NCBI GenBank assembly: GCA_035654455.1 | Contig: DASRWT010000044.1 | Coordinates: 10,926 to 74,925, forward strand | Source: Candidatus Nitrosocosmicus sp. | GTDB lineage: Bacteria; Methylomirabilota; Methylomirabilia; Rokubacteriales; CSP1-6 | Direction: 5' to 3' | Length of the DNA: 64,000 bases | In this document: one piece after another, positions 61,828-64,000 of the stretch | Numbering within the stretch: the stretch's first letter is position 1 | How the letters are laid out: each line of letters begins with the position of its first letter | Made by a program: the position numbers and the translations under genes | The notes under the pieces: generated by a model | What the model was told of the DNA's origin: nothing | The model's database searches: none | What the model saw: the letters and a program-made list of their open reading frames with translations, nothing else

Positions 61828-61847
61828 CGACGCGCGCGCGCGCGTCG
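61828..61847. repeat. perfect 20-bp palindrome with alternating CG core
   Basis: CGACGCGCGCGCGCGCGTCG in the spacer upstream of the MlaC-like gene. Confidence 0.8.
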
Positions 61848-61878
61848 GCCGGGCATATCGCTTGCACTCCCCTGTGGC

Positions 61879-62472
61879 ATGACGCCGACTCGCCTGCTCC
61901 TGTCCGTGGCCATGGTCCTCCTCGCGCTCTGGGGCGCCGCGCACGTGGCGGCGGACTCGGTCACCGACCGCCTCCGTCCGGAGATCGAGCGGGTGCTGCA
62001 GACCCTCGACGACCCCACGCTCAAGCCCGCGGCCAGGGCGTCCGAGCGGCGCCAGGCGCTCCGCGACATCACCAACGGCATCTTCGACTGGGCGGAGATG
62101 GCACATCGCGCGCTGGGCCCGCACTGGGACGCGCGCAGCGAGGCCGAGCGGGCGGAGTTCTCGGACCTCTTCCGCGGCCTCGTCGAGCGCGCCTACCTCG
62201 CCAAGATCGAGCGGTATGGCGGCGAGAAGATCGCCTACGCGGGCGAGTCGGTGGATGGGGAGCAGGCCACCGTCCGCACGCGGGTGGTCATGCGCCAGGG
62301 CGACGTGAGCATCGACTATCGGCTGAGCGCCCGCGGCGACCGCTGGCTCATCTACGATGTGGTGGTGGACGGCATCAGCATCACCGCCAACTACCGGGCC
62401 CAGTTCAGCGAGGTCCTGACCAAGTCCTCCTATCAGGAGCTCGTCAAGCGGATCCGCGCACGCGTGTCCTGA
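61879..62472 (+). CDS. MlaC/Ttg2D-family phospholipid-binding periplasmic protein
   Basis: Signal peptide, then the toluene-tolerance Ttg2D-like pattern (FDWAEMAHRALGPHW...YRAQF). Confidence 0.8.
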   Translation: MTPTRLLLSVAMVLLALWGAAHVAADSVTDRLRPEIERVLQTLDDPTLKPAARASERRQALRDITNGIFDWAEMAHRALGPHWDARSEAERAEFSDLFRGLVERAYLAKIERYGGEKIAYAGESVDGEQATVRTRVVMRQGDVSIDYRLSARGDRWLIYDVVVDGISITANYRAQFSEVLTKSSYQELVKRIRARVS

Positions 62473-63139
62473 TCCGGCGAAGCCCCAGCCGCCGCGCCGC
62501 CAGCGCGGCCATGCGCCGGTCCCGCTCCACGCCGATCCACCGCCGTCCCGCTCGCGCCGCCAGCAGGGCCACCGTCCCCGCGCCGAGGAAAGGATCCAGG
62601 ACCGCGCCGCGCTTGCGGCTCACCGCCAGCAGCCGCCGGATCACCGCCGGTGGCGTGGCGTCCCAGCGGCTCTCGGGGTGCGACCACGGCAGCGGCAGCA
62701 TCCAGGCCAGGGTCACCGATCGGGGCCGGACCGGATGGGCGCCCGCCTTGCGGAAGCGGAGGACATAGTTGATCCGGTTGTCCCACCGCTCGCGCGACCG
62801 CACCTGGGCCCAGCAGCCCTTGGCCTGGAGCGTCCAGCCCGCGCGGCGCATCGCGTCCGTGACGAGTCCGTCCAGGCCGGCCCATTGTCGCCCGTCGTGG
62901 CGGTCGCCGATGACGAGCCAGCAATCGCCGTCGGGGGCGAGCACGCGCCGCCACTGCCGGCCGAATTCCGTGGCCAGGGTCCGCGCCCAGCGCTGGGCGG
63001 AGGCAAGGCCGCGCCCCCGCACCCAGTACGGGGGCGAGGTGATGATCACGGCCACCTCCCCCGTCGCGATGGCGCCGAGACGGCGGCCGTCTCCCACGAT
63101 GAGCCGCCCCCGGCCGTCCGCGGACGCATACGTGGTCAC
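62444..63139 (-). CDS. DNA methyltransferase, N4/N6 beta-class (PF01555-like)
   Basis: Motif IV ITSPPYW precedes motif I LDPFLGAGT. GTGA overlap with the upstream MBL gene. The 3' end overlaps the convergent MlaC-like gene by 29 nt. Confidence 0.85.
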   Translation of the reverse strand: MTTYASADGRGRLIVGDGRRLGAIATGEVAVIITSPPYWVRGRGLASAQRWARTLATEFGRQWRRVLAPDGDCWLVIGDRHDGRQWAGLDGLVTDAMRRAGWTLQAKGCWAQVRSRERWDNRINYVLRFRKAGAHPVRPRSVTLAWMLPLPWSHPESRWDATPPAVIRRLLAVSRKRGAVLDPFLGAGTVALLAARAGRRWIGVERDRRMAALAARRLGLRRIRTRVRGSA

Positions 63140-63909
63140 AGGGGATATGGGATGAACTCTTCCGCGATCTCCACCTCGCCGTCGAACGACTGCCGGGCCT
63201 CGTCGGCGAGGGCGGCCGGGGCGTCGTGATGGGCGGTATCGATGTGGGCGAGGATGAGGCGGCGCACCCGGGCGCGCGCCGCGATCTCTCCCGCCTGCCG
63301 GGCCGTGGAGTGCACGCCGTGACGGGCGCGGTCGCCCTCGGAGAAGGTCGCCTCGTGAATGAGGGTGTCGGCGCTCCCGGCGAGCTCCACCACCGCCTCG
63401 CAGGGCTCGGTGTCCGAGGAGTAGACGACCGACGGCGCCGCCGCCGCGTCGAAGCGCAGGGCCAGGTTGGGCATGGGCCCATGCGCATTGGGCGAGGCGG
63501 AGAGCGTGAAGGGGCCGGTACGGCCAATGGCGGCGCGCGGGAGAGCCGGCACCGGCTCCAGGCGCAGCGGAAAGAGCTCGGGCCGGTCGAGGATGCGGAA
63601 GACGCGCAGCAGCTCCCGGAGGGGCTCCGCGTGCTCTTCACGGCAATTGATCGTCAGCGCGGCGGTGCGTCCCATCAGGGCGAGCCCGCGGATGAGAGAC
63701 GGCAGCCCGTAGGAGTGGTCCACGTGGAGGTGGGTGATCACCACCCGCGTCACGCTCTGCGGGTCCACGGCGGCCAGCAGCAGCTTCTGGATGGGGCTGC
63801 CCCCGCAGTCCACCAGCACCGACTCCGCGCCGCCCACGAAGATCAGCGAGGTATTGTCCCGGCGCAGGGACGGCACCGCGCCGGAGGTGCCGAGAAAAGC
63901 GAAGTGCAC
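63136..63909 (-). CDS. MBL-fold hydrolase, short RNase Z/ElaC-like
   Basis: FLGTSGAVPS...DCGG...ITHLHVDHSYGLP motif series. Confidence 0.85.
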   Translation of the reverse strand: MHFAFLGTSGAVPSLRRDNTSLIFVGGAESVLVDCGGSPIQKLLLAAVDPQSVTRVVITHLHVDHSYGLPSLIRGLALMGRTAALTINCREEHAEPLRELLRVFRILDRPELFPLRLEPVPALPRAAIGRTGPFTLSASPNAHGPMPNLALRFDAAAAPSVVYSSDTEPCEAVVELAGSADTLIHEATFSEGDRARHGVHSTARQAGEIAARARVRRLILAHIDTAHHDAPAALADEARQSFDGEVEIAEEFIPYPL

Positions 63910-63920
63910 GCGCGCGCCGG

Positions 63921-64000
63921 TCAGGCGCGGGTGCGCCGGAGCATGATGGGGACGGCGATCAGGGCCGCGGCCACGCTGAGCAGGCTCACCACTTGAGCCA
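63921..64000 (-). CDS. 3' end of an unidentified membrane protein gene (partial)
   Basis: The reverse frame ends ...VVSLLSVAAALIAVPIMLRRTRA then TGA at 63921..63923. Only 26 codons are visible. Confidence 0.3.
   Translation of the reverse strand, partial: AQVVSLLSVAAALIAVPIMLRRTRA

Noticed and set aside
62444-63139. A complete type II restriction-modification system.
   Set aside because: No recognisable restriction endonuclease gene is present in the visible flanks. It is reported only as a methyltransferase/MBL-hydrolase pair that needs checking beyond the window edge.

Overview
This is a high-GC (about 70 percent) bacterial chromosomal segment with very dense coding: about 70 protein genes and one tRNA. 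I saw no rRNA, CRISPR array, transposase, integrase or phage genes. Because of the GC content, most long ORFs in the six-frame track are shadow or out-of-frame ORFs. I picked real genes by recognisable protein families, Shine-Dalgarno (SD) sequences and start/stop geometry; at least 14 adjacent gene pairs overlap by ATGA, GTGA or TGATG. Housekeeping genes include mgtE, tilS, folE, a uvrA-family gene, tpx, a long thyX-like gene, HtrA, an IscA/ErpA-type protein and a MoaD-MoaE fusion. These are mixed with soil-bacterium style accessory metabolism: two NitT/TauT-type ABC systems, an LLM oxidoreductase, enolase-superfamily and DHOD-like enzymes, thiolase plus DUF35, an amidase and two M20 hydrolases. 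The content resembles Rokubacteria/Methylomirabilota-, Actinobacteria- or Deltaproteobacteria-like genomes, but taxonomy cannot be decided from this window. The most interesting observations are these. (1) A selenoprotein that the ORF track splits in two: an in-frame TGA at 27877..27879 gives a U-G-S-C motif and is followed by a SECIS-like hairpin. It is the last gene of a co-directional array MoxR AAA+ / unknown / VWA(CoxE-like) / DUF3047 / 349-aa unknown / selenoprotein, which I flag as a candidate uncharacterised maturation or redox module. (2) A tightly overlapped GT4 / PTPS / PTPS / FolE / SDR operon that looks like a glycosylated tetrahydropterin pathway. (3) An 88-aa hyper-acidic ORF (58 of its last 67 residues are D or E) behind a near-consensus sigma70 promoter. 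(4) A consensus sigma54 promoter plus a 16-bp perfect palindrome in front of a GAF histidine kinase. (5) A sensor with a DHp domain but no ATPase domain, translationally coupled to a uvrA-family gene and an MFS gene. (6) An MBL-fold hydrolase / DNA methyltransferase pair at the right edge. All functional calls come from motif recognition by eye; no database search was run.
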